From the IMG/VR virus record IMGVR_UViG_3300034018_003010: a stretch of 64,000 bases of DNA. One strand, given 5' to 3'. Made by a program: the position numbers and the translations under genes. The notes below the pieces were generated by a model. It saw only the letters and a program-made list of their open reading frames with translations. It was not told where the DNA came from and did no database searches. This DNA comes from a virus. Below, one piece after another: positions 1 through 13,424 of the stretch; positions within the stretch are counted from its first letter, which is position 1; every line of letters begins with the position of its first letter.

Positions 1-305
1 GTCGTTGTAGGAGCTGAAGTAGTCGTACTGGTTGTACTGGTCGTTGTAGGAGCTGAAGTAGTCGTACTGGTTGTTGTAGGGGCTGAAGTAGTCGTACTGG
101 TTGTTGTAGGGGCTGAAGTAGTCGTACTGGTTGTTGTAGGGGCTGAAGTAGTCGTACTGGTTGTTGTAGGGGCTGAAGTAGTCGTACTGGTTGTAGTTGG
201 TGCCGCAGTAGTCGTAGTAGTAGATGTAGTGGTAGTAGTTGTTGTCGTAGTCGTAGTGGTAGTAGTAGTACCAAAAGGAACATAAAAATACTGTGTAATT
301 AACAT
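1..305 (-). CDS. Thr-rich mucin-like putative virion protein, runs off the window edge (not in ORF track)
   Basis: ATG at 305 reads [20 protein letters not shown]...AAPTTTSTTTSAPTTTS, open to position 1; TAAATA box 7 nt upstream; same short-leader plus Thr-tract design as 60614..61108. Confidence 0.75.
   Translation of the reverse strand, partial: MLITQYFYVPFGTTTTTTTTTTTTTTTSTTTTTAAPTTTSTTTSAPTTTSTTTSAPTTTSTTTSAPTTTSTTTSAPTTTSTTTSAPTTTSTTSTTTSAPTT
61..195. repeat. 30-bp coding tandem repeat (TTSAPTTTST)
   Basis: gtcgtactggttgttgtaggggctgaagta x4 exact at 61-180, degenerate copies either side; no spacers. Confidence 0.95.
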
Positions 306-359
306 ATATTTTTATTTATGATTGCAAGATACGAAACATAAAACAAATTGACTGTATAA

Positions 360-809
360 TCAGACAGATGCTATAAATCCCATAATAGTTGCATATACAG
401 TTTGTACTTGACCACTATTGTTATATGCCTTACATATTACACTTTCTGTTGCATTTGCTACAAATCCAGGATCAAAAGAAATTTGTGCTGATGGATTAAA
501 TGCCGAAAGAAATGTTGTTGCCAATAAATTTGTATCTTGATATATTTCTAATTTTACAGGTCCGGAAGAACTAGAAGCTTGAACTGATTTAAGTAAAAGT
601 TTTTTCCCTGCTGAAACGGTGTAAGATGATATTGTAGTGGCAGAACCATCTGCAGGAACTACATCAGAATCATAGTTATTAACGATATCGCCGGTAACGA
701 AATCGGCATTACTTACCGAAAGCTTGCCATCAACAATGGTTGCAAAAGAAGAAGAATCATTGGAATCAACCAATGAAACTGGCAAACCGTATCTACTTTG
801 TTCTGCCAT
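360..809 (-). CDS. Hypothetical beta-rich putative virion protein, probable paralog of 1352..1927
   Basis: 149 aa, SD aagga; C-terminus KAYNN...VYATIMGF resembles KATNY...YSATILGY of 1352..1927. Confidence 0.7.
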   Translation of the reverse strand: MAEQSRYGLPVSLVDSNDSSSFATIVDGKLSVSNADFVTGDIVNNYDSDVVPADGSATTISSYTVSAGKKLLLKSVQASSSSGPVKLEIYQDTNLLATTFLSAFNPSAQISFDPGFVANATESVICKAYNNSGQVQTVYATIMGFIASV

Positions 810-853
810 ATCAAATCCTTATTTTAAAAAACTAATATTATATATTAATTAAA

Positions 854-1339
854 CTAGATATTATCTTCTTTGTTATTATCTCCGTACTGTATATCTCTAT
901 CTGCCCATTTTATTGCCATATTCAATCCTCTACTTAGTATTCCACAAAGAGTAGTTGGATTTCCTATTGCTTCTAGATTAAAGTTTTCAGTAGCTTCTTC
1001 TTCTAGCCAGATCAAAGCAAAGGTTAAATTACTTCTTTTTTTAAGCTCGGCAGCCATTTGGCGACATGTTACTACAGATAAATCTGGAATTCCTTTTTTT
1101 ACAGAAGGCTCTTCCCATTTATTTTTAAAATCATCTAACTTATGTTTATGAAGACACAAAACCATTTCTTTTTTTCTTGTATGAAGGCTTAAGAAATTGT
1201 CAGTTTTCTCAGCTATTCTAGTTATTTTAACAACAAGCATTTCTTCTAAACATTCAAAAAAGATTCTGTCTTCTTCAATTTTTTTGATTACGACACCTTT
1301 GATTTGGCCGAACCAATTGCTAAATTCTTCTGTAGTCAT
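854..1339 (-). CDS. Hypothetical protein
   Basis: 161-aa ORF filling the gap between co-oriented genes; no recognised motif. Confidence 0.7.
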   Translation of the reverse strand: MTTEEFSNWFGQIKGVVIKKIEEDRIFFECLEEMLVVKITRIAEKTDNFLSLHTRKKEMVLCLHKHKLDDFKNKWEEPSVKKGIPDLSVVTCRQMAAELKKRSNLTFALIWLEEEATENFNLEAIGNPTTLCGILSRGLNMAIKWADRDIQYGDNNKEDNI

Positions 1340-1351
1340 AAAATACCAATT

Positions 1352-1927
1352 TTAAGGAACTGTATATCCTAATATAGTAGCTGAGTAGCTACCTTCAACG
1401 CCAGTGTTATAATTAGTTGCTTTTATTTTTATAGCAGTTCCACTTGGAATTACTAAAGGTGTGTCTTTTATATCTAAAACAACATTTGGATTTGCATTTG
1501 TGGTTCTATAAACAAATCTTGGGGAAGTTTCTGTTCCAACAAATACTTCATATTTACCATTTAAATCACTGCTAGCTGTAAATCCAGTAAATACAAATGT
1601 AACACCACTTGGGGTATATGTAACAGCATCATTTGTGGTTCCTCCAGCTAATGCTGTTATAGCTGTTTCCCCGAATGTATTTGTTATATTTGCTGGGGCG
1701 CTTGGAACATTTCTTACTAATAAAGCGTATTCATCTCCAGCGGGTGCCGTATTTTTAACCCTAACTATTTCGTCATAGGCTTGATCTCCTGCTAATAAAA
1801 TTCTTGTTCTACGAACATCTTCTGTGCCGTTTGAAATCAAGGTTTCATCTAATTTAGATCCGTTTGGATATAAAGTGGGATCAAAATAATAAAGCTGAGT
1901 ATAAGTATTTGTTCTTGTTACTGGCAT
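1352..1927 (-). CDS. Hypothetical beta-rich putative virion protein
   Basis: 191 aa; shares C-terminal pattern with 360..809; AGGAG upstream separated from ATG by a hairpin. Confidence 0.75.
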   Translation of the reverse strand: MPVTRTNTYTQLYYFDPTLYPNGSKLDETLISNGTEDVRRTRILLAGDQAYDEIVRVKNTAPAGDEYALLVRNVPSAPANITNTFGETAITALAGGTTNDAVTYTPSGVTFVFTGFTASSDLNGKYEVFVGTETSPRFVYRTTNANPNVVLDIKDTPLVIPSGTAIKIKATNYNTGVEGSYSATILGYTVP

Positions 1928-1983
1928 AGTACAAAAGCCGCAAGGCTTCTCCTATTTTACTATTACATACAATATATAGTTTT

Positions 1984-4284
1984 ATGTCAGAAAATAATGA
2001 GTTCTGTTATTTATTGCCTTATGTAAAAGAAGATATTTTCATGATGCAAACATCTGCCCAACAGGTCGGATGGCATGTATCTGGTTATAATATTCCTGAA
2101 TTATGGAAAATAACACAAGGAGAGAATGTTACAGTAGCTGTAATAGATTCTGGTTGTGATTTAGAGCATGTTGACTTAAAAAGTAGTCTTATACCGGGCA
2201 AAAATTTTGTTGAAGACAATTTACCACCTGAAGACGCTGGCGATCATGGTTGCATAAGCGCAGATGCATTGATTCAAACAAATTTAAATGGAATTCAGAC
2301 AATTGAAAGTTTTTATGATACAATAGATTGTGCTGAAAAAGAAATAAAAACAATTGATGGAACCTATTTCGTAAAAACGCTTGATAATATCAAAACTTTA
2401 TCATATGATGTCGAATCTAAAAAAACAGTTTTATCTCAAATACAATCTGTACAAAAACTTAGAATTAATTCTGAAATAATTAAAATTACTCTTGATGGAG
2501 GAGCAGAATTTAAATTAACCCCCTGGCATCCTGTTTATACCATCAAACATAAAACACATGGAAGAATAGATGTAATTAGAAAAAGAGCAGATGAAGTTAA
2601 TTGTAATGATAATTTTATTTTTGGAAATGGAGATTTTGAAGAAAAAATAAAAATAATATTGCCAGAAAGATTTGTTTGCGCTAACTGCAAACACACTCCT
2701 GCTTATCATATAGGAGAAAAGCCATCTAAATGTAAAAAGTGCTATAAATCATGCTGGACTATTTACAACGATGAAATTGAAATTGATGAAGATTTGGCAT
2801 ATCTTTGTGGAATCGTATTGACTGATGGCCATATGCAACCTGGAAGTTACAGATTCGAAGTTACATCAATTACTGTTCAAATTTTAGAAAAAATAAGGAA
2901 AATAGCAGAAAAAAGAAATTGGAATTACAAAATTGAAGAAAAAAGAATATTAGTATATGGAAAAACGCCTGTAAATTTGCTTGAGAAAATGGACGTATCC
3001 ATAGGAAAAAAAAGCTTAATTCAAAATTTGCCAACATGGGTCGGAAAAGCATCAAGAAATTTAGTTTGTTCATTTTTAGCTGGTGTGATAGATGGAGACG
3101 GATGTGTTTCAACCACAAACACTGGAAATAGAATTATTTCAGCATCGTATGAATTTTCTAATAAGCTATCTGCTCTTCTTAATAGCATAGGATTGTCATC
3201 AATTGTAATAGGACCTATTTTTGATACGAGAAAAAGATTTATACAAAGTAAAAACCCAATTTATCATGTACAATTTTCATCAATAAAAGAAGAAATATAT
3301 CAATATTTATCTCATCCAAAAAAAATTGAAAGAAGCAAAGTAACGCCAAAAGGCTGTCGAAAATCAAGGACTGTAGTATCTGTAGAAAAAATAAAATACG
3401 ATGGTTATTTTTATGATTTTACAGTCGCAAAATATCATAATTATATTGCGAATGGTCACTTTGTATCAAACACACATTGCAGTGGAATTATTGCAGCAAA
3501 CAATAATGACTATGGGGTTGTTGGAGTAGCTCCTAATTGCAAAATTATGCCTATAAAAGTTTTAAATTCATTTGGTATGGGTTCTTTAGAACATGTTGAA
3601 AAAGCTATTTATTATGCTGTTGATAATGGTGCAGACATAATCACCATGAGTCTTGGTGCAAGAAATCCTGTTGAAAACATAAAAAAAGCTATGCAATATG
3701 CAAATGAAAAAAAAGTAGTTTGTTTTGTGGCAGCAGGAAATGCAGGATCTACTAAAAATCTTTTATATCCTGCGGCTTATTCAGAATGTATTTCAATTGG
3801 GGCTGTAGACGAAAATAGTATGCGAGCAGATTTTAGTTGTACTGGCCCAAATTTAGATTTTGTTGCCCCAGGAGTTAAAATTTTTAGTACTGTGCCTAAA
3901 AACTCATATGCTTTTCTTTCTGGAACTTCTATGAGCTGTCCATTTGTTGTAGGAGTTGCAGCTTTAGTTTTATCTGAAAGAAAACAATATGATAAAAATG
4001 CAAAAATAAGTATAGAAGAATATAGAGAAATATTAAAATCTAATTCTTTGTCGATTAAAAATTTAGACCAAAATCTTGATCAACAAGGCAAAAGATTTTG
4101 GCAAGGCATGGGAATTATAAATCCAAGCGAATTTGAAGAATGGGCAAAATATAGAACAATAGAGGAAATAAAAAGAGATTTAATTGTTATCAATGACAAA
4201 TTAACAATAATTAAAGATAAAGCTTTGTTAGACTCTATAAAACCACAACTGGAATTAATTAATTCAAAAATACTCACGAATTAA
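1984..4284 (+). CDS. Subtilisin-like S8 serine protease precursor containing an intein
   Basis: Asp motif VAVIDSG; His motif DHG|THCSGIIAA split by an insert; oxyanion AAGN; Ser motif SGTSMSCPFVVG; about 359 aa after splicing. Confidence 0.95.
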   Translation: MSENNEFCYLLPYVKEDIFMMQTSAQQVGWHVSGYNIPELWKITQGENVTVAVIDSGCDLEHVDLKSSLIPGKNFVEDNLPPEDAGDHGCISADALIQTNLNGIQTIESFYDTIDCAEKEIKTIDGTYFVKTLDNIKTLSYDVESKKTVLSQIQSVQKLRINSEIIKITLDGGAEFKLTPWHPVYTIKHKTHGRIDVIRKRADEVNCNDNFIFGNGDFEEKIKIILPERFVCANCKHTPAYHIGEKPSKCKKCYKSCWTIYNDEIEIDEDLAYLCGIVLTDGHMQPGSYRFEVTSITVQILEKIRKIAEKRNWNYKIEEKRILVYGKTPVNLLEKMDVSIGKKSLIQNLPTWVGKASRNLVCSFLAGVIDGDGCVSTTNTGNRIISASYEFSNKLSALLNSIGLSSIVIGPIFDTRKRFIQSKNPIYHVQFSSIKEEIYQYLSHPKKIERSKVTPKGCRKSRTVVSVEKIKYDGYFYDFTVAKYHNYIANGHFVSNTHCSGIIAANNNDYGVVGVAPNCKIMPIKVLNSFGMGSLEHVEKAIYYAVDNGADIITMSLGARNPVENIKKAMQYANEKKVVCFVAAGNAGSTKNLLYPAAYSECISIGAVDENSMRADFSCTGPNLDFVAPGVKIFSTVPKNSYAFLSGTSMSCPFVVGVAALVLSERKQYDKNAKISIEEYREILKSNSLSIKNLDQNLDQQGKRFWQGMGIINPSEFEEWAKYRTIEEIKRDLIVINDKLTIIKDKALLDSIKPQLELINSKILTN
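2251..3471 (+). mobile_element. Intein (407 aa) with LAGLIDADG homing endonuclease
   Basis: Block A CISADALI; block B LTPWHPVY; LAGLIDADG-like YLCGIVLTDG and FLAGVIDGDG; blocks F/G FYDFTVAKYHNYIANGHFVSN then +1 Thr; removal restores HGTH. Confidence 0.95.
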
Positions 4285-4557
4285 TTTTTTTAATTGCTTA
4301 CAATTTTGTACATTGTCTGGATTCTTTTTGGCTTCGTCATCTATAATTTTTTTTAAAAATTTATGAAATAAATTTGCCTTGCTTTTTTTGCCATTGTGCT
4401 TGTAGCTTTCATCTTGTACTGATCCAATTATTTGTGTCATAATTTCTTCCATAAAAATGTAACAAAAAGAACATCCTACTTTTTGTGTGCGTAGGAAATC
4501 TTCTGACTTCATGCCACACATAAGACAGGTGTAAAAATCATGTTTTATAATTGACAT
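4264..4557 (-). CDS. McsA-like zinc-binding protein (shortened)
   Basis: CLMCG...F...KVGCSFCY..F...HNGKK follows the McsA central pattern CxxCG...GxLGCxxCY..F...HxGK; SD ggag upstream. Confidence 0.65.
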   Translation of the reverse strand: MSIIKHDFYTCLMCGMKSEDFLRTQKVGCSFCYIFMEEIMTQIIGSVQDESYKHNGKKSKANLFHKFLKKIIDDEAKKNPDNVQNCKQLKKLIREYF

Positions 4558-4601
4558 AAAATTAAATCTCCTTACAATTCTAACTAACTAAATATTTTTA
4601 A

Positions 4602-7600
4602 TCAAGAGCATTGTGTAATAGCAGAAAGCCCAGAATTACCTGCTGCCGGATCAGTTGGATATACACACCCACATCCGCCAGTACAATTATTATTTGTAAG
4701 TATCCATGTGCTGCCATCTGAAAAATACTCGCATTCGCCACAACTAACAGGTGCTGTGGTAGTTGTAGCAGGTGCTGTGGTAGTTGTAGCAGGTGCTGTG
4801 GTAGTTGTGGCAGGTGCTGTAGTAGTTGTCGGTGCTGTAGTAGTTGTGGCAGGTGCTGTAGTAGTTGTCGGTGCTGTAGTAGTTGTGGCAGGTGCTGTAG
4901 TAGTTGTCGGTGCTGTAGTAGTTGTCGGTGATGGGCTAGGTGATGGGCTAGGTGATGGGCTAGGTGCCGGGGAGGGTGCCGGGGAGGGTGCCGGTGAAGG
5001 TGCTGGCGAAGGTGCCGGGGAGGGTGCCGGTGAAGGTGCCGGGGAGGGTGCCGGTGAAGGTGCCGGGGAGGGTGCCGGTGAAGGTGCTGGCGAAGGTGCT
5101 GGCGAAGGTGCCGGTGAAGGTGCTGGCGAAGGTGCTGGCGAAGGTGCCGGTGAAGGTGCTGGCGAAGGTGCTGGCGAAGGTGCTGGCGAAGGTGCCGGTG
5201 AAGGTGCCGGTGGAGCTTCTGTAGTAGTCGTAGTTGCAGGTGCAGTTGTTGTAGTCGTAGTTGCAGGTGCAGTTGTTGTAGTCGTAGTTGCAGGTGCAGT
5301 TGTTGTAGTCGTAGTTACAGGCGCAGTTGTTGTAGTCGTAGTTGCAGGCACAATTGTAGTTGTTGTAGTTGTTGTTAAAGAACAACTAATTGCACCATTT
5401 GTTGAATTATATCTGGCCGCAAAGAATATGCCATTTCCATAATCAACTACAGCCCAGTTGCCAGAAACTGGTAGGGGTTTTATTGTCCAAGGAGCATTAT
5501 TTATTGCATATGATACCGATGAATCCGTATTGTCCTTAGTTGCTACAAACATCTGATTCCCGTATGCAAGTCCTATCCATCCATTAGAAGAGCCTAAAGA
5601 ACTATAAACTATATCAGTTCCATCTGTAGTTATTGCAACCTTATCGCTGCTGTAGTCAACAGAAACGAATACGCCATTTGCAAAAATCATATTTTGCCAA
5701 GCTGCTGTATATGTAGTAGCAAACTCTGTCCATGTAATTCCATCTGTGCTCTTCGCCCATTTATTAGTTCCATTATATGCATTCATTAAGAAAATTCCAT
5801 TACCATACGCAACATTTTGCCACGGAGCTGATGTAAATGTAGTTGTAGAATTCCATGAGCTTCCATTGTTTGTACTGTAGTATATTGTACTTGTATTATG
5901 CGCTGGAGCAACCCAAGTATTATTGCCATATGCTAAACCAAAAATGCTATTAGCAGAAGTTGGAGATGGGAAGAATGACCAGTTTATGCCATCTGTAGAT
6001 TTATGCCAAATTGTTTGTTGATCGGCAACAGCTATAAATATGGTTCCATTCCAAACTAGCTTGGTCCAAGAAGGATGATTTGTTATAGTAAATGATGTGA
6101 AATTAACGCCATCAGGTGTATACCATCCAATATTTCCTCCATCGATCAACATAACAAAGTTTCCGGCTCCAAATGCCATAGCGGCACACTGAAGGTTTCC
6201 AGGCAATGTAGTTGGACACCATGTTAGTTCAGCAGGAGATGGTGTAGTTGTTGTAGTTGTTGTAGTAGTAACATTATAAATTGCTCCTACAATATAACCT
6301 CCAACAGAAACGCCAGACCATTTATTTCCTCCCATAATAGTTTGTACTGGAGAGCTTTGTGCCAATCTATTAATGGTATCAGTTCCAGATGTATTATTTC
6401 CCAACTCGGCTCTTTCATTGTCGCCCCACAACCACATTGTGCCATCTGTCTTTATGCCAGCAGAAGTACCTCTTCCAGCGGATATTTTATACCAATTAGA
6501 TTCTATGCCTATTTGTATAGGAGAGCTTCTATGAATTGTTGTTCCATCTCCTAGTTGTCCATACGAATTGCGACCCCAAGACCATAGAGTTCCATCTATT
6601 TTTATTGCAATTGTATAATACCAACCCGCTGCTACTTGTGACCAGCTTCCGCCACACGCAGTCTGTACAGGAGAACTCAATCCATTAAGATCGACTTCAT
6701 TATTGCCTAGTTGGCCATAGCTATTTAATCCCCATAACCAAATAGTTTTATCTTTCTTAATTGCTGCCATGCTACCTTTGCTTGCATCTATATATTCCCA
6801 ATCTTTGCCGCCACAAATAGTTTCGCTTGGAATTGACATATTACTTATATCATTATTTCCTAGAGATCCACTTGTGCCATTTCCCCAAGTCCATAATGAA
6901 CCATTTGTTTTAATTGCTCCTGTTATTCCATAACCACAAGAAACAAGTTGCCAATAATTGCCATTAAATACAGTCTGTCCTGGCGAATAGTATGTTCCTG
7001 CTGGCAAAGTATAGCCAAGTTGTCCATACGCACTACTACCCCAAAGCCATAGGGTTCCATCATTTTTAATTGCACCCACATGTGTGTACCCAGCAGATAC
7101 TTGATACCAATTTTTAGTATTTGAAATAGTTTGAACTGGGCTGCTTTTCCCATCTCCTGGCAGTGCTAAATAACCAAGACCAAGTTGTCCATTCTGATTG
7201 GTGCCCCACATCCACAAACTTCCATCAGTTTTTATTGCCGAAGCATAAGATGCGCTATATGATATTTGACCCCAATTTTCTCCATTTGCTATTGTTTGTA
7301 CAGGCGAACTTTTGTTTATAGTGGTATTGTCTCCTAGGGGACCCTCGGCTGTATTTGTACCCCAATTCCACAATTGGCCAGGAATTGGTGTTGTAGTTGC
7401 TAATGGTGGATATGGAGATGTTGTACTTGTAGATGTTGTAGTTGTAGTTGTTGTTATATTATATATTGCTTGGGCCTTTCCCCATCCAAAAGAAACAGAA
7501 ATCCAATTATTGCCACCCATAACTGTTTGAACTGGAGAACTGACGTTCATGCCAGAATTATTATTGCCAAGCGCTTCAGAATCTCCCCACAACCACAATG

Positions 7601-9842
7601 TTCCATCCGACTTAATACCAGCAGAGTGGTTTCTGTATGCTGCTACTGAATCCCATGTATTTTCTGTACCTATTTGAACAGGAGAACTTCTATGAACAGT
7701 AGATTCATTTCCTAATTGACCTTGACCACCATCTCCCCAAACCCACAAAGTTCCATCTGTTTTAACTGCTAAAACGTGATCCCAGCCAACTGCCACTGTC
7801 TTCCAATTGTTTCCACCACATACAGTTTGCATAGGAGAACTAATTCCAACCCCGCCGAATGTAGACACAAAATTTATGCCTATTTGACCATTGTCATTTG
7901 AACCCCAAAGCCATAAAGAATTATCATTTTTAATTGCAGCTATAGTGTAATGATCCATGTCAACATATTTCCAATCTTTGCCTTCAAATATAGTTTGAAC
8001 AGGAGAAGATTTATTATAAGCAGTATAATCACCAAGAATTCCTGCTCCATTTTGTCCCCATGTCCATAGACTTCCATCTGTCTTAATGGCAGCAGTAACG
8101 TCATCTCCACATGCAACCTGAGCCCAGAAATTACCACCGCAAATTGTTTGCACTGGCGAATATACATCGCCTGTTCCTGCATATCCCAATCCTAAACCGC
8201 CATATTGATTATCTCCCCACATCCATAATGTTCCATCTGTTTTTATTGCTCCAGCATGTTGATAACCGCAAGATACTTGATACCATGTGTTTCCTTTGCA
8301 TATCGTTTGAACAGGACTACTCCTATTAATTAAATTCGTGGTGCCAAGTACGCCCCAACTACTAAGTCCCCACATCCATAATGTCCCATCTGTTTTTATT
8401 GCTCCTACAAATCCTTCTCCAGAAGATACTTGTGCCCATTCATATGATTTTGTAATATTTTGAACTGGAGAACTTCTGTTAATTTGTGTTCCGTCTCCAA
8501 GAGCCCCAGTGTTGGTTTGTACTCCCCAAGCCCACAATTGACCAGGAATTGGCGTTGTAGTTACTAATGGTGGATAGGGAGATGTTGTAGATGTAGATGT
8601 AGATGTAGATGTAGATGTAGATGTAGTACTTGTAGTTGGAACAGCTGTTGTGCTACTTGTGCTAGAAGTAGATGTAGTACTTGTAGTTGGAACAGATGTT
8701 GTGCTACTTGTGCTAGAAGTAGATGTAGTACTTGTAGTTGGAACAGCTGTTGTGCTACTTGTGCTAGAAGTAGATGTAGTACTTGTAGTTGGAACAGCTG
8801 TTGTGCTACTTGTGCTAGAAGTACTAGAAGTAGATGTAGTACTTGTAGTTGGAACAGCTGTTGTGCTACTTGTGCTAGAAGTACTAGAAGTAGATGTAGT
8901 ACTTGTAGTTGGAACAGCTGTTGTGCTACTTGTGCTAGAAGTACTTGTGCTAGTAGTACTAGAAGTGCTTGTGCTAGTAGTACTAGAAGTGCTTGTGCTA
9001 GTTGTACTAGAAGTACTTGTTGTACTTGTACTTGTTGGCTGAATATATTGATTTTTGCATGCTATTACATTTGTGTTAATTAAAGATGATAAACTTTCTG
9101 AACTCCATGTTGCTCCATTATTTGAGCTTATATAAGCAGTTGCAGAGCCTATTTTTGCTCCTATTACAAATCCATTTTGAACAGCCATTCTATCAATAGA
9201 AATACTATTAGTTTTTAAAGTCCATGATATTCCATCTAAAGAATTATAAATTTCACTATCTGTTCCAGATGACATTACAAAATAAGATCCATCAAATACT
9301 ATGCTACTCCATGATTTGCTAGGCGCTGAAGAACTTGTCCAAGATACACCAAAATTATTACTTGCAACCACAGATGCATTTGGACTTGCAGATATTGCAA
9401 CAACAATTCCATTCCCATATGCTGCATCAAAATAAATATTTGAACCATTATATGGCAAGTTTGTAGTGTTTGACCAAGTTATTCCAGAATTTGTGCTTAT
9501 CCAACAGTTTTGATCTCCCTTGAAATTTAAAAAATATCCATATGTATAAAGTAATTTTTTAGATGGAATATTTGATGCTTCATAATAGTTTACTCCATTT
9601 GTACTTCTGTAAATTTTTGAATCGCTTCCTGCAAGAAAAATACCATTTCCTGAAAAATCTAATCCATATGCTAAAGTTCTCCAGCTTTCTCCTGGAAAAT
9701 CGTATGTGTAATTCCATTTATTTCCATCTTCGCTATAAAAAAGATAACCATTAGTAGCTGAGGCAGCCCAAAGACCAAGCTCTTCAGACCATGCAAGTCC
9801 AGTATATGTTAATAGCGGTACTGTTACATCAACCCAACTCAT
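4602..9842 (-). CDS. 1746-aa modular putative virion surface protein: BNR-like propeller, Thr/Ser tract, two RCC1-like propellers, BNR-like propeller, Thr/(PAPS)n tract, Cys-rich tip
   Basis: Many [12 protein letters not shown].N..G.LG...SSPVQ RCC1 units in two blocks; S.DG..W Asp-box motifs; low-complexity linkers; SD aagga. Confidence 0.9.
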   Translation of the reverse strand: MSWVDVTVPLLTYTGLAWSEELGLWAASATNGYLFYSEDGNKWNYTYDFPGESWRTLAYGLDFSGNGIFLAGSDSKIYRSTNGVNYYEASNIPSKKLLYTYGYFLNFKGDQNCWISTNSGITWSNTTNLPYNGSNIYFDAAYGNGIVVAISASPNASVVASNNFGVSWTSSSAPSKSWSSIVFDGSYFVMSSGTDSEIYNSLDGISWTLKTNSISIDRMAVQNGFVIGAKIGSATAYISSNNGATWSSESLSSLINTNVIACKNQYIQPTSTSTTSTSSTTSTSTSSTTSTSTSSTTSTSTSSTSSTTAVPTTSTTSTSSTSSTSSTTAVPTTSTTSTSSTSSTSSTTAVPTTSTTSTSSTSSTTAVPTTSTTSTSSTSSTTSVPTTSTTSTSSTSSTTAVPTTSTTSTSTSTSTSTSTTSPYPPLVTTTPIPGQLWAWGVQTNTGALGDGTQINRSSPVQNITKSYEWAQVSSGEGFVGAIKTDGTLWMWGLSSWGVLGTTNLINRSSPVQTICKGNTWYQVSCGYQHAGAIKTDGTLWMWGDNQYGGLGLGYAGTGDVYSPVQTICGGNFWAQVACGDDVTAAIKTDGSLWTWGQNGAGILGDYTAYNKSSPVQTIFEGKDWKYVDMDHYTIAAIKNDNSLWLWGSNDNGQIGINFVSTFGGVGISSPMQTVCGGNNWKTVAVGWDHVLAVKTDGTLWVWGDGGQGQLGNESTVHRSSPVQIGTENTWDSVAAYRNHSAGIKSDGTLWLWGDSEALGNNNSGMNVSSPVQTVMGGNNWISVSFGWGKAQAIYNITTTTTTTSTSTTSPYPPLATTTPIPGQLWNWGTNTAEGPLGDNTTINKSSPVQTIANGENWGQISYSASYASAIKTDGSLWMWGTNQNGQLGLGYLALPGDGKSSPVQTISNTKNWYQVSAGYTHVGAIKNDGTLWLWGSSAYGQLGYTLPAGTYYSPGQTVFNGNYWQLVSCGYGITGAIKTNGSLWTWGNGTSGSLGNNDISNMSIPSETICGGKDWEYIDASKGSMAAIKKDKTIWLWGLNSYGQLGNNEVDLNGLSSPVQTACGGSWSQVAAGWYYTIAIKIDGTLWSWGRNSYGQLGDGTTIHRSSPIQIGIESNWYKISAGRGTSAGIKTDGTMWLWGDNERAELGNNTSGTDTINRLAQSSPVQTIMGGNKWSGVSVGGYIVGAIYNVTTTTTTTTTPSPAELTWCPTTLPGNLQCAAMAFGAGNFVMLIDGGNIGWYTPDGVNFTSFTITNHPSWTKLVWNGTIFIAVADQQTIWHKSTDGINWSFFPSPTSANSIFGLAYGNNTWVAPAHNTSTIYYSTNNGSSWNSTTTFTSAPWQNVAYGNGIFLMNAYNGTNKWAKSTDGITWTEFATTYTAAWQNMIFANGVFVSVDYSSDKVAITTDGTDIVYSSLGSSNGWIGLAYGNQMFVATKDNTDSSVSYAINNAPWTIKPLPVSGNWAVVDYGNGIFFAARYNSTNGAISCSLTTTTTTTIVPATTTTTTAPVTTTTTTAPATTTTTTAPATTTTTTAPATTTTTEAPPAPSPAPSPAPSPAPSPAPSPAPSPAPSPAPSPAPSPAPSPAPSPAPSPAPSPAPSPAPSPAPSPAPSPAPSPAPSPAPSPAPSPSPSPSPSPSPTTTTAPTTTTAPATTTTAPTTTTAPATTTTAPTTTTAPATTTTAPATTTTAPATTTTAPVSCGECEYFSDGSTWILTNNNCTGGCGCVYPTDPAAGNSGLSAITQCS
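4750..5378. repeat. Coding tandem repeats ([13 protein letters not shown])n and about 20 x 12-bp PAPS units
   Basis: 12-bp units ggtgccggggag/ggtgctggcgaa at 4963-5211, flanked by 18-24 bp Thr-Ala-Pro units. Confidence 0.95.
8581..9035. repeat. Coding tandem repeat ([17 protein letters not shown])n
   Basis: 51-60 bp near-identical units containing gtacttgtagttggaacagctgttgtgctacttgtgctagaa. Confidence 0.95.
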
Positions 9843-9884
9843 ATATTATTCCTTATTCTATAATATAGTTCTTTAAACATATTG

Positions 9885-13373
<3,489 letters not shown>

Positions 13374-13424
13374 CTTGTTTATTTATAGTTAAAAATTGCA
13401 ATTATACTTACAGCAATAATAATT

